DNA of 64,000 nt from Eledone cirrhosa (GCA_964016885.1 OZ024759.1:30814001-30878000); one strand, 5' to 3'; shown: positions 42,551-56,775, numbered from the stretch's first letter. The notes: generated from the letters alone by a model not told the origin. Numbers and translations are program-made.

Positions 42551-42703
42551 AGAAGTCGTTACACAACAGTTAGTTCACCATACCGTGAACAATTGTTTCA
42601 CCTTCGCGGGTCTTCGGCTCGGGATCTGCGAGGTGAAGATCCGCGAAGGTGAAACAATTGTTCACGGTATGGTGAACTAACTGTTGTGTAGTAACCACTT
42701 CTA
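42551..42703. repeat. Inverted repeat with a truncated hammerhead-like motif in each arm
   Basis: Arms at about 42551-42615 and 42635-42703. Each reads (CC/GT)GAAGA-(c/t)ccgcgaaggt-GAA-ACAATTGT-T. Confidence 0.65.
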
Positions 42704-42776
42704 TCTAACTCGTCCCTTGGACTGAGTGCTCTACCACTACGGATATTACCTTCCAGTGTTCCACCACTATATATAA

Positions 42777-42836
<60 letters not shown>

Positions 42837-42838
<2 letters not shown>

Positions 42839-43054
42839 CGAAGGAAATGTGGTAAGGAACCAGGTGGACCATAACGCACCAAAGTACTCAATACTTGGGG
42901 TAGTAGAGTGGGTAATAGGAACCAGTAAGACCCCGACGGCTGAGCTCAAGCCGTTTCGACAGCTAATTCTTTCTATCTCTCCTTTATCTTTCTCTTTCTC
43001 TTTCTCTTTCTCTGTCGAAACGGCTTGAGCTCAGCCGTCGGGGTCTTACTGGTT

Positions 43055-43060
<6 letters not shown>
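42837..43060. mobile_element. Family C element with an inverted partial copy
   Basis: 42915-42962 is inverted relative to 43013-43059 around a CT-rich spacer, with TA flanks. Confidence 0.65.
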
Positions 43061-43089
<29 letters not shown>

Positions 43090-43230
43090 GGAGTGTAGAG
43101 AAGTGACACACGAGTTGATATATATAAACAAATAGTAAAAAGCAAAAGAATACAGTAGAAAATTGTAGGGGGATTTTTTTCAGTTTAACATCAAAACATT
43201 TATTTATAAAGTGGGGATTTCCGCATTTAA

Positions 43231-43271
43231 TCGTGTACCGGTTTCAGATCTATATGCTGCTTCAGCGACGA
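43231..43271 (-). ncRNA. Degenerate minimal hammerhead-like motif
   Basis: tcgtcg-CTGAAGC-AG catatagat CT-GAA-ACCGGT-A-cacga. A9 is changed and stem II is weak. Confidence 0.4.
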
Positions 43272-43408
43272 AAGTTTATAGTGCAGTTAAATCGCATATT
43301 ATACGAATAATAAGAAGATGGATAAAAAATGTTTAGTTTGTATATACATATTTAGAGAGGAAAGCTTTTTGTCCGAGGTTTTCTTTCGTTCTCTGTTAGT
43401 GTTCTCTT

Positions 43409-43501
<93 letters not shown>

Positions 43502-43631
43502 CCTTGTTTTAACTACTCTTCAACTCTTAGCTGGGATAAACTACTGGTGTGAAGTGCTTTGGATCACTCAGACCGTCTTATCCTCAAGAAGTTACAACGG
43601 AACGACCAAGTATAAACAACTTATCTTCTGC

Positions 43632-43668
<37 letters not shown>

Positions 43669-43944
43669 AAAGAAGGTGTGGTAAGATACCAGGTGGACCA
43701 TAACGCACCCAGAGTACTCAATACTTACGGTGGTAGAGTGTGTAATAGGAAACGAGTCATGGCCGCGACGGTTGAGGTCCGGCCGTTTCGACGTCGCGGT
43801 CCTGACTCTTTTCCTATATTATACATAGTCAAGTGTTCCCGTAGAATATGTAAAACAAAAAAGTGTGCTGTATCTTAAATAAAGAGCCAAAATATAAATA
43901 AATTTTTATCACAGCTGTATTCTACCTAATGTTCCAAAGCCTGC

Positions 43945-44152
43945 TCTAACATAGATCTTAGAGACCGTATATTCGCTGTTTATGTTTCATTACTATTTTT
44001 ATAATGGTGATTCAAGTATCTAACATGTATTATGCTACCTTAGGGTGCAGTTTTCTAACATAGATCTTAGAAACCGTATATTCGCTGCTTATGTTTCATT
44101 GCTATTTTTATAATGGTGGTTTAAATATCTAATATGTATTATGCTTCCTTGG
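43945..44152. repeat. Tandem duplication of about 108 bp
   Basis: tctaacatagatcttaga(g/a)accgtatattcgctg occurs twice. Confidence 0.85.
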
Positions 44153-44700
44153 GGTACCAATCCTAGATATGGCAGAATCAGCAGATTTTACACGGTGGTG
44201 TATTAAACTCACGACCTTACAATTGTGCGTGCTAAATTCTTAGCAACTCTTCTACTGGAACAAGATCTACGATCAATTTCTGAATAACATAAACAGTTAT
44301 TAGGAATCAACTCTATTTATCTAAGTATTCTTTCGGATTTGTTTGTGTTCCATGTTTCACAATATGGCAAACATCATTCGTTATCTTATCATTCGTTATT
44401 ATTATTATTTGCATACGGAATGTCATTGAATATTTCTGATTTGTCTCAGTGAGACTTATGGTGTCGATGGTGGTGGGCCCAGATTAGATGCTGCGTCAAA
44501 ATGGCGCCCAGGTCGAATTCGCTTTACATTTTCCTACAGATATGAAGTTAATAATATTTCAGTTGATACAAACAAGGCTATTGATCGTTTAAACCTAGGA
44601 TCTATGTATTTCTCTCTATTCAGTTTCACCTTGGTTCAGAAAGTTTTCCTTCTGAAATACGTCAATAATTCTCATTCTCTCTCCCACTCATTCTCTCTTT

Positions 44701-44782
<82 letters not shown>

Positions 44783-44836
44783 GTGGTTACACAACAGTTA
44801 GTATATATATACCTCACTCTCCTTTTCTATATATAA

Positions 44837-44872
<36 letters not shown>

Positions 44873-44950
44873 GTCTCTTCTTGTTTCACTCTCCCTCATG
44901 TCTCTCTGCCTGTTTCTCTGTCTGTCTCTTTCTCTCTTTGATTGCTTGTT

Positions 44951-45055
<105 letters not shown>

Positions 45056-45825
45056 GATTGTATGTCTGTCTCTCTCCCTCTCTCTCTCTCTCATTGTCTG
45101 TCTCTGCCTCTCTTTCTACCTTTCTTTCTCTTCCCCCTCTTACTCTCATTTTCATTCTTTCGTCGCTCAACAAATAAAAATGCAAGCAACGAAACTCAAA
45201 TGAAACAAAATGAATTCCGTAGAAAATTCTTTTGTAAGATCTCTGTTAACTACACGGCAATAACAATCCCCTACTTGACATTGCTATATCTTACAAATCT
45301 AGATTACAGTAACTGAAATGGTTCGATGTATTCCGATATTTTCAAGAAGACAGTTACAGCAATGTTAAAACAACAGTGCATAATAGAATACTTAAACCCT
45401 TATAGAGAACTTGGTCACGCATAATGTTCAAATGTTTCGAATGTAAAATGAGTATTTGTAAGATAATGACAGCACGTCTCGTTAAACAAACCTGTCAGCA
45501 GCCGACACCATCTTTCTTAAATTGAATGTTCTTACAATATATTTGATAGGGACATCAAGTGGTTGAAGGGGGTTAATATATCAATGATAATGTATTGTAA
45601 TATGAATGATACATTTAGAAAATGAAGTTTCAATCGTTAAATCAAACATATAACTGTTTCTTCTTTTGAGCGTAAAACGCCGTAACTATGCTGCAAAGTA
45701 TGGCGTCCGACCCTCCACCGATGCTGCCAAACAAATGTCAGATAATGTTAGGGAAGCGGGATTTTAGGGTTGTTTCTTAAGCAGGATTAAACACCAAATG
45801 AAAGCTAATAAAAAAAAAATAATAA

Positions 45826-46130
45826 TAATTGTTTCTACTTTTGGAACAAGGCTAGCAATTACCCCAGTGCATTACTGGTACTTTATTTTATCGACCCCGT
45901 AAGGATGAAAGGCAAAGTTAACCTCGGCGGGATTTGAACTCAGAATGGCAAGGGCCGTAACACTTTGCTGCAAACCAAGGCGTCCGGCTCTCTACCGATA
46001 GTGCCAATCCACTGCCCCTTATAGTAATACCCCCCCCCCCCCCAATAAAATAATAATAATAATAATAATTGTTTCTACTTTTGGCACAAGGCCAGAAATT
46101 ACCAAGTGCATTACTGGTACTTTATTGGTA
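45826..46130 (-). mobile_element. SINE family A, near-complete copy plus a fragment
   Basis: Full body at 45826-46018 and a partial copy at 46066-46130. Confidence 0.8.
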
Positions 46131-47009
46131 CTGGTAATATAATAATAGTAATAAAACAAGAATTAACATTTGAAATTCTTCAGTGATGGCAACTCATGAT
46201 TGTTACCTAATTGTCTGCACCTCGTTCTAATATCTCATCACCTCGTCTGATATGAAGTTATTGCAATTTATAAAAATACACCTTTCTTTTTATATTAGGT
46301 GGAATTCTTTACTTTAATGTCGCAATGAAAAGTTGTTCACCAATTATTTATTTACTGTAACTCTACTTCTACACGATATATTAAATATAACCGAGTCAGG
46401 AAATCAATTATGCTGATTGGACTTAATGTTAAATTGAATATATATTACCTCGGCGTTATGAACAGACGCTCGTCTTTTATTCTCACAATTTTCATCATTT
46501 TTTCCTCTCTCTCTCTCTATTCTGCTTTCTATACTTCTGTAGATAATGAAACTTCCTGCACCGGGGATTATTCAATTAGTCGATGAATTGTCGTTTCTCT
46601 TTTCATAAGTTTCTAACGAAAACTTATTGAACCTAACTTTCTCTATGTCAAGCAATGGTATTTTAGAACCGCATCTCCAAAGATCTACAACAATAGCGTA
46701 TAGCTTTAATTGTAAATCTTTCATTGAAGAAGTAAAATAATTTTCTATGTGTAACTAACTGTTCAAATGTCAGAAACAGTAATTTTCTCGATTATCTTAT
46801 CTTTTTAAAAAATCTTTTGCCTATTTAGCCCATGTCTTGAGGTCATGCTGGGGCAAGGTCTTTGTGCTGTGTCACCGTAATGTGTTTCATATAATGATCT
46901 ATATTCGATTAAATCGATAAAATTTTATAATTGTTGCACGGAGATATAGGAAAATCGATATGATTTGTTGATAGTATATTCTAATCGATAGATAATATAT
47001 TCAATTCAA

Positions 47010-47530
47010 TCTTGGGTAATGACGGAAAGAATACGATCGCAAACACAAGCTACCGAAATGGGGTTCCTTCGAAGGGTCTCTGGAGTAATGTTACTCGATA
47101 GATTGCGTAGCTCGAAGATCAGAAAGTCACTCCAAGTAGAGCCACTACTTCTCCGATTTGAGAGATCACAGCTCCGATACTATGGGCATGTGGTTAGAAC
47201 GTCTCAGGAAAGAATTTCTGGAGAATAGCTCCAGGTAGAGCTGCTATTTCTCCGAATTGAGAGATCACAGCTCCGATATTGTGGGCATGTGGTTGGAATG
47301 TCTCAAGAAAGGATCGCTGGACAGATTTTACGAGCAAAACCAATCGATAGGAGAGCCAGGGGTAGATCGCGAGCAAGTTGGTTGGATAACATCCATAAGC
47401 TTGGCTGGTCAAGGTTAAGGATCCAGCCGGATCAGTTGGAGACCGTTGCTTCAGACAGGAGCCTTGGAAGGAGTTTTTGAGTACTCTGCCTCCACTATTC
47501 TCTCAGGATTAAGTGGGCGAAGAAGAAGAA
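47010..47530 (+). mobile_element. RTE LINE 3' fragment with an internal duplication and GAA tail
   Basis: SWVMTERIRSQTQATEMGFLRRVSG...RSQLRYYGHVVR...RARGRSRASWLDNI is a typical RTE C-terminus. Confidence 0.85.
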
Positions 47531-47847
47531 TCAAATAAATAAACAACAACAAAAACGATAAATATTTCAAAGAAACTGTAAAGAAAGTCTATCAACTCAG
47601 ACTTAGGAAATATAAACATAGATATGTATCTATGGCTTCGTAACAAGTGGTAAAATGAATGGGTGTCCATTGCTTTCAGAGATTTCTACCAAAGGAGAAA
47701 AAGGAAAGTGACATCTTCTCATCTTGTCTCCAGAAAACATAACAATAGGTGATCATGCCTTTGTTACCGACTCCGACCCAAACAGGCATCATTCACTATT
47801 GATTAAGAAAATATTTTTCCTTAGGAGTCGTTTTCTTCGCAGAATCG

Positions 47848-47932
<85 letters not shown>

Positions 47933-48194
47933 AAGATTGAAGAATAACATGTCAGCTGTACAAAAAGGTTTTATTTCTAGTATTACCAATTGTTTCATTG
48001 ATCAGGTGAGTCTAAAGGTTGCTAATCACTCGAAATTGCCTCACTCGACCTCAAATCATCGGAATACTGGAGGTTTTACATATGGCATTGGTATTTATAG
48101 ATACTACGGAGAATCAAAACAATAACATCAATAATAAAGAGGTAAAGAAGTTAGAATGAAGAGGATAAAGATGTAAAAGATAAGTAAAAAAAAT

Positions 48195-48375
48195 AATTGT
48201 TTCTACTTTTGGCACAAGGCCAGCAATTACCCAATGCATTACTGGTACTTTATTTTATCGACCCTGGAAGGATGAAAGGCAAAGTTAACCTCGGCGGGAT
48301 TTGAACTCAGATCATACAGGGAGGTAACTCTATGCTTCAAAGCATGGCATCCGACCCTCTACCGATACTGCCAAT
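48195..48375 (-). mobile_element. SINE family A
   Basis: Near-complete body. Confidence 0.8.
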
Positions 48376-48706
48376 AAAAAATAATAAGTACAGAATACGA
48401 TTGCTGATAATATTGGTGGTGGTGGTGAATTGTTAATACTAGAAATAAAGCCTTTTTGTACAGCCGACCATGTTATTCTTCAATCTTTCACTATTATTAC
48501 TCCAAGAATAACCTGCATAAGAAGTCTCGCGAACTCACTGCCTAACGATGGAAACCTCTTGTTGAGTCAAACAACACTGTACGTTAAAACTATCCACATT
48601 TTATCCCGGGTTCAATCGGGGCAAACCACAGGGGTAATCATCAGGAAGCTCTGATGCTTTCTCCGGAATGTATATGTGTGTGTGTGTGTGTGTATGAGTG
48701 TGTGTA

Positions 48707-48792
<86 letters not shown>

Positions 48793-48996
48793 TTAAAGTC
48801 CTTTATTGATAATGCTGTAATACATATTTCAATGACGACAGTGGCCACACGATTCCGTGTACCCAGTGCCGTGAATCATCAGACAGCTTCTTACATAATA
48901 AGGTTACGCTTCCAAGGCAATCCAGACAGACAAGACAAGGGAACGGACAAGGTGCGTATTCTTGAATTCCTCGGCCGTTCCCCTGTTTGTATTAGG

Positions 48997-49092
<96 letters not shown>

Positions 49093-49196
49093 GTAAACAG
49101 AAATAACAATACAATCGGTACAGTACATGAAAGGGATATATTAGGTTAACGCTTGATATAGCAGGAAGACGGTCTTAAATTTTCGCACGCTAGTCC

Positions 49197-49394
<198 letters not shown>

Positions 49395-49635
49395 CATATA
49401 TATATAAATATACCACACACATAAATACATAAGATGAAGATTACATGTACATTTATATATGGAATTATAACTACTAGCTAGCGGCTAAGTATGTTTGCAA
49501 TTATCGTAGTGTTTGGAGTATAAAATAGATCAACGAAAATAGCTTTGTAATATAATCGAAAAGTTGTTCAGTCCGCAAATCAGAAATGCCATTGTTGGCT
49601 TTCGGACTAAAATTAGAGGGCATAATATATATACA

Positions 49636-49703
<68 letters not shown>

Positions 49704-49771
49704 GACACACACACATATATGTATACATTATATATATATATGTTTGTGTGTGTGTGTACATATGTATATGA

Positions 49772-49844
<73 letters not shown>

Positions 49845-49956
49845 CGTAAATATATATGTATATATTTATGTATATATATATATGTCTGTATGTATATACA
49901 TGTATATGTATATATATGTGTATGTATATACATGTATGTATATATATATATATAAA

Positions 49957-50538
49957 TATATTGGTAAACGGAATAGAAAATGCTGACAAATTGTTAACAG
50001 TTGAAAAATGGTTTAATTAGGAATAAAAGAGTATTAGTGATTGTATGAGTTAGTTTTTAAGTTTTTACCGGTTGCGCATTTCTAAATGCTTTTCAAAAAT
50101 AATTTTGAGATAGAGTGTCCGTGCTGTTTGCTCTGATCTGTAAATATATATATATATATTGGTAAACGGAAAAGAAAATGCTGACAAATTGTTCACAGTG
50201 AAAAATAGTTTAATTAGGAATAAGTGAAAATTAGTAATAGTATTGGTTAGTATTCAGTTTTGGTTTTAAGTTTTACCGGTTGCGCATTTCTAATGCTTTT
50301 CAAAAATAATTTTGAGATAGAGCGCCAGTGATGTTTTCTCTAATCTGATTAGAGCAAACATCACGGGCGTTCTATCTCAAAATTATTTTTGAAAAGCATT
50401 AGAAATGCGCAACCGGTAAAGCTTAAAACCAAATCTGAATACTAACCAATACTATTACTAATTTTCACTTATTCCTAATTAAACTATTTTTCACTGTGAA
50501 CAATTTGTCAGCATTTTCTTTTCCGTTTACCAATATAT
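49957..50538. mobile_element. Element of about 190 bp in direct plus inverted arrangement, each copy with a U3-A8 hammerhead-like motif
   Basis: Copies at 49957-50140 (-), 50154-50345 (-) and 50347-50538 (+). The motif is TTGAAAA-GCATT aga AATGC-GCA-ACCGGT-A. Confidence 0.7.
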
Positions 50539-50571
50539 CATAACTCGTGTGTTACACCTCTATTCTTTTAA

Positions 50572-50633
<62 letters not shown>

Positions 50634-50999
50634 TTATATATGTGTGAGTGTATATCTATGTATATACATACATCACTGTGTTTAGGAGGGGGTAGGTGCA
50701 GGTATATATGTATGCTTCCTAAAGTGTATATTTGCTTGTATTTATAGGTCTCTATGTGTAGACGAGTGTTTCTCTTTCAAACTCAGTGGGTTTTCTCAAC
50801 TGATACAACCAAAATTAACGTAACTGTCATTCAAATGTACGACCAACATCAAAGAAGCCCAGTTTCATATATAAATGTCAACTCTCGTTTCGCAGTCAGT
50901 GTACCTAGGAATGAAAGTGTTAGAACCTCAGATAGAATGATTTTCACGTAGTGAGTGATGGATGGGTAATATTTGTGTCACTCATTTATCATTATTTGT

Positions 51000-51370
51000 G
51001 AATTGGTAGTATCGGTAGAGGGTCGGACGCCATGCTTTCTAGCATAGTTACGTTCCTTTACGGTCTGCGCTCAAATCCCGTCGAGGTTAACTTTGCCTTT
51101 CATCCGTACGGGGTCGATAAAATAATGCACCAGTAACGGACTGGGGTCGATTTAATTGACTTTCTCCTCTCCCTAAATTACTGGCTTTGTGCTTATACTA
51201 GAAATCATTATTTGTGAATTGGCAGTATCGGTAGAGGGTCGGACGCCATGCTTTCTAGCATAGTTACGTCCCTTTACGGTCTGCGCTCAAATCCCGTCGA
51301 GGTTAAGTTTGCCTTTCATCCTTACGGGGCCGATAAAATAAAGTTCCAGTAATGTATTGGGTAATTGCTC
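51000..51370 (+). mobile_element. Two tandem SINE family A copies
   Basis: Near-identical heads at about 51000 and 51216. Confidence 0.8.
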
Positions 51371-52123
51371 TGCCTCACTGAATCAGCACGCAATATACAT
51401 GTAGCCACATATGCAAGATATCCTATAGTTATTATGAATTAGATCTTTTGGATTTAATGAACAGCCAGTACAAGAGTAAGATATTAACAGTGTATGTATT
51501 GTAGGGACCACCCGTAACTCCCGAGGTAGTCGTAGGGGCGCCGCATTCATATACCGGAGTTTCTTTCGAGGGCATTTTTTTCTTTCCTTGTTTATGCCTG
51601 GCAAAGCTCATCTCTCCTCCATTATTGGACCTGTATGTCCTGACACAGTCGTAGGGCTGCCGCAGAGACATTGGCACTTTAAAACTTAGTCCCTTCAAGG
51701 GTGAAAGATAAAGTGGGCCTCTGATGGATTTGATATCAGAGAGCGCAGAGTGGCTTTACTAATGAAACAAAGTGTTGTATCCTTCATTCTAAAAGCTGTG
51801 CCAATACTCCACTTCTCGGATTTTCTATAACAATTATAGATTGTAATATTTGCATGTATAAACAAAACTGCTCTGTGTGAGCAGCTTATACATACTTATG
51901 AAATGTTAGTGTAAATTCTAATGTGTAAATGTATAATTGCCATACTATGGTAATACCGTATAAGATACTGAATGTTATGAAAGGAAGTTAATCCGTTTTA
52001 CCAAAAACATGTTTTCATCGCCGAGAGTCGCCAAATATTTTATCGTCAATCAGGAAGCCATATTAACTGTTTAATCCGGTTAACAACGATAAAATATATC
52101 AATTCATTTTGTACACACACACA

Positions 52124-52156
<33 letters not shown>

Positions 52157-52163
52157 GCAGGTG

Positions 52164-52205
<42 letters not shown>

Positions 52206-52338
52206 CATATACATGGCATATATATATGCATATACATGGCATATATATATATACATATACATGCCATATACATATGTATGCCATTTATATATGCTTATAC
52301 ATAAGATATATATGTATGTGCATATATATATATATGCG

Positions 52339-52380
<42 letters not shown>

Positions 52381-53062
52381 TCGCATACAGACGCACGGAC
52401 ATGCAAGCATATGCAAACACAGTCATCCATACTTCACATAGTAAGCAACAGAACTGGGAGTATCTTTGTAATGCCATAAATAAAACAGTATTAGATTTTT
52501 TTTTTTTAAACTCTCTTCTATAGGAAAGTCTGGTTTGAAAATTGGAATCAAAACCTCAGTAAATGTTCCCACTACTGTGTACTGAGATCAAATTCCACCG
52601 AGATCAACTTGAATATGAACAGGGGAGGTGATTGTGCAAAGACTTGGAAATATCTGACAACCATATTGAATGGTTTCCTCATCTCTCCAAACACAAATAT
52701 TGAGACATTCCTATAGGGAATTCTAGGCAACAAGAAACTATCCATTGATTTCATATATCTGTAGAACCTTCCTCAATAAGTCCCGTGAAATACTCTCATA
52801 TCCCTTCTCAAGGAAATTATCCCAGGTTCGTCTCTCTTCAAAGAGGTGCACCCTCGTGGGTTGTAGCTGATACTTTGCTTATCTCTTAAATCCAGTCACA
52901 ACAGCATCTTCTGATGTACATGAGGTGTATTTAGGTGTGAAGTGTATCTTCTCTGTGACTTATCTCACCAGAGCAATTAAAGAGCTTGAATGCGACAAGA
53001 CCTCTGGAGAAGATGAAGCACGTTCCGAGACAATAAAAGACTTAAATAGAGAAGTTATTATG

Positions 53063-53250
53063 GTGGATTGGCAGTATCGGTAGAGGATCGGACGCCATGC
53101 TTTGACGCATAGAGTTACGGCCCTTGCCATTCTGAGTTCAAATCCCGCCAAGGTTAACTTTGCCTTTCATCCTTACGGGGTCGTTAAAATAAGGTACCAG
53201 TAATACACTGGTTAATTGCTGGCCTTGTGCCAAAAGTAGAAACAATTATT
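53063..53250 (+). mobile_element. SINE family A, complete
   Basis: tggcagtatcggtagag...gagttcaaatcc...gtagaaacaattatt. Confidence 0.85.
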
Positions 53251-53341
53251 TAGCTGGATCTGTTATTACACCCAAGCAATGACAATTGAGAGCGATAATT
53301 GCAATTTTTATATATGTATATACATATATACATATATATAC

Positions 53342-53444
<103 letters not shown>

Positions 53445-53675
53445 AAAAAATGAAATGAAATTTCATTTCTCACTCTTAGTACGGCTGTTACTTAAATATA
53501 AGTATGTATACGTACATTACATATATGTATACAGCCGTACAGTAGTATGTATATATATATGTACGTATGGGTTTTTATATATAATATATATATATATATA
53601 TATATGGCATGTATATGCATATATATGTTTACGACATTTATATGCATATTATATATATATATATATAAATATAAG

Positions 53676-53795
53676 TTTATCCCGGGTTCAATCGGGGGGT
53701 AACAACAGTAAGTAAGGTACTCAATACTCGTCTTTCTGATGATTTCTCCCGAATGAAACCATTCTAGTCCTGTAGAAGCCATTTCTATATTAAAT
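53676..53795 (+). mobile_element. Diverged H1 subfamily copy with a hammerhead core
   Basis: cttt-CTGATGA-tTTC tccc GAAt-GAAAC...GTA-gaag. Stem III is weakened. Confidence 0.65.
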
Positions 53796-53827
53796 ATATA
53801 TACACCCAACTGATCAAAATTTTTTTA

Positions 53828-54285
53828 TAGGGTCCTTGGAGTAACGTTGCTCGATAAAGTGCGTAGCTCGGAGATCAGGGAGTCACTCCAGGTAGAGCTG
53901 CTACTTCTCCAAATCAAGAGATCACAGCTCTGATACTATGGGCATGTGGCTAGAATGTCTCAGAAAGAATCAGTGGAGCGTCACTCCAGGTAGAGTTACT
54001 ACTTCTCCAAATCAAGAGATCGCAGCTCTGATACTATGGGCATGTGGCTAGAATGTCTCAGGAAAGAATCGCTGGACAGATTTTACGGGTGAAACCAACA
54101 GGCACGGAGGCCAGTGGTAGGGCCTGAGCAAAATGGTTGGATAACAACCCTGAGCTTGGCTGGTCTCGCTTGGGGATCGAACCGAATGAGCTGGAGACGG
54201 TTGCTCTCTGACAGGAACCCCGTGGAGGGAGTGTTTGAGGAGTCTGGCCCATGACATTCCCAGGAATAGTGGATGAAAAAGAAGG
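53828..54285 (+). mobile_element. RTE LINE 3' fragment with an internal duplication
   Basis: Homologous to 47075-47530. Confidence 0.8.
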
Positions 54286-55008
54286 GAGGACGAGAGATTG
54301 ATCTGACTCTATCCGAATATCCCTGTTAATCCTTCCTGGTAAAAATCTATGCTAACTGTTCGACAAAAAGCTGTAGGGGTATTGACCCAGTCTATGCTAG
54401 GAGACAAACAGTGTGGCTTTTGCCCCAGACATAACACAACTGACTAAATATTGACAATTACTCTGTGGCACCTCTTTGATAGCTAATGGGTCTATAATTT
54501 ATTTTTATTTGCTCCAGTTCATTATATTTGATGGCTTGATGCCATCACTGAACAACTTACCACAGCACAAACACACATAAAGCAACACACAACTCACACA
54601 CACTTCACACTCACAGACACTCACAGACACACATACACACATTAAAATGTGAACCACAAAATCAATTTCTTTATCTTCAGTTATTACTCAAAATAATTAA
54701 ACTCGCAATCGCAACATCTGCATTAGCAATTACAAAATTAACAACATTGTTTCCATTATTCCAACAAACCCATTACCGACATAATTCTAATTATTTTCAA
54801 TCGACCTAATATAAGGAAAATTGTACTCTTATCTTCCAAAGAACTCGAGGGAAATTAAACTGTAATGAGAATCCAGTTGCGGGACACTTTAATAATGAAC
54901 TCGATGCATCTATAGCTCTTTGAACCCTGCTATTGGTGATCGAACTTTGGGGAGAGAGATATCACATGTTAATGTGCAGTCTGCAACTGGCGGAGTTTAG
55001 CGTCACAG

Positions 55009-55188
55009 GAAGAAGAAGAAGAAGAAGAAGAAGAAGAAGAAGAAGAAGAAGAAGAAGAAGAAGAAGAAGAAGAAGAAGAAGAAGAAGAAGAAGAAGAAGA
55101 AGAAGAAGAAGAAGAAGAAGAAGAAGAAGAAGAAGAAGAAGAAGAAGAAGAAGAAGAAGAAGAAGAAGAAGAAGAAGAAGAAGAAGAA
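55009..55188. repeat. Pure (GAA)n tract, about 60 units
   Basis: Directly visible. Confidence 0.97.
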
Positions 55189-55189
55189 T

Positions 55190-55500
55190 GACACTGTTGG
55201 ATGAAACACTTTATGCTGTTGAGGCATTCCCTGAAGCATGGTAGAGTCGTTTGGGGTGGTCTATAGATCCCAACTCTTAGTAAGTTGTTAGTTTTACTGT
55301 ACACGGACATTGCTTCATCACAGTATCCATTGGAAAATATGTCCTTAGCCTCTGTCGAATAAGAATCATGTACAAAAATGGTAGTTCTGCCCTTTCTTCT
55401 GCCAGCATGACCTGTACGGATAGCTTTGAAATTCTTCACTCTCACCTCGGCTTCCAAGTGGAGGTTATTGAGATGAAGAAACGAATGTCTTGAGGATGGT
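55190..55500 (-). pseudogene. APE/EEP endonuclease fragment of a LINE
   Basis: ...ITSTW...AIR...GRRKGRTTIFVH...LLRVGIYRPP...FRECL resembles the ITETW, RKGGGV and YRPP motifs. Confidence 0.6.
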
Positions 55501-55556
55501 CATTAACCCAATCATCAATATGTATATATATGTATATATAAATGTATATATATATG

Positions 55557-55675
<119 letters not shown>

Positions 55676-55768
55676 ATGTATATATAAATGTATATATATA
55701 TATATATACATGTATACAATATATAAATGTACATCTATATATAAATGTATATAAGTTTTAATATAGAT

Positions 55769-55821
55769 GAGATTCTACAGGACTAGAACTGTTTCATTCT
55801 TTAGAAATCATCAGGAATCTC
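55769..55821 (-). ncRNA. Type I hammerhead ribozyme (H1); element truncated at the stem I edge
   Basis: GAGATTC-CTGATGA-tTTCtaaaGAAt-GAAACAG...CTGTA-GAATCTC, with a 7-bp stem I. Confidence 0.78.
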
Positions 55822-55923
55822 TAAATGTATATATATATATATATATATAAACAGTATATATATAGGTATACGTATATATAAATATATCATGAATGTATAT
55901 ATGTATATATATGTATACAAATG

Positions 55924-55955
<32 letters not shown>

Positions 55956-56094
55956 TGTATGTATATATATATATATGTGTGTGTGTAAGACGTAACAGCT
56001 TCCCTACACGTTCTCTTCAGACAACAATGTGAACAGAAGTGAATAACACGTATGACCGGTAACATATCAATGGATATTTACATCTCGTTTGGAT

Positions 56095-56166
56095 TTTTGT
56101 CTGAAGTGAACACGTAAGGCAGTTGTTGTACAACTGCCTTACATCTTTGAAATACGTATAACAAAA
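56095..56166 (+). ncRNA. Type I hammerhead-like fold with core A9 altered
   Basis: TTTTGT-CTGAAGT-...GTAAGGCAGTTGT tg(t) ACAACTGCCTTAC...-GAA-ATACGTAT-A-ACAAAA, overlapping AATAAA. Confidence 0.55.
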
Positions 56167-56489
56167 TAAATAGGGATGTACAAATTAAACTTTCTTGTTT
56201 ATTATTATAATAAACTCCGGATGCACAAACACCTTTGAGTGATTTACGTCTGTTAAGAAAAAAAAGGGCAGATTTTCAATTAACCAACTTTCCTCATTCT
56301 ACATGTCTGTATATGTGTGTATCTATATGTATGTATGTATGTATATATATGTATGTATGCATATGAATATGTGTATGTGTATATAAGTATGTATATGTGT
56401 CTATGTATATGTGTGTATATGTATATAGGTATAAATATATGTACATATGTATATCTATATGCATATAGGTATATATATATATGTATATA

Positions 56490-56529
<40 letters not shown>

Positions 56530-56559
56530 GGTATATATATATATATATGTATATATACG

Positions 56560-56599
<40 letters not shown>

Positions 56600-56742
56600 G
56601 GTATATATATATATATATGTATATATACGTATATGTATATAGGTTACATGTTCTTATATATATAAACTCGTGTGTTACTTTTCTACATTCGATATGAATA
56701 TATATATATATTTATATGCATATATATATATATGTGTGTATG

Positions 56743-56775
<33 letters not shown>

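Noticed and set aside
52555-52965. Possible host exon or coding relic
   Set aside because: Moderate GC content but stop-interrupted, with no recognisable motif.
54933-55244. Poly-Arg/Ser/Phe ORFs
   Set aside because: An artifact of the pure (GAA)n tract.
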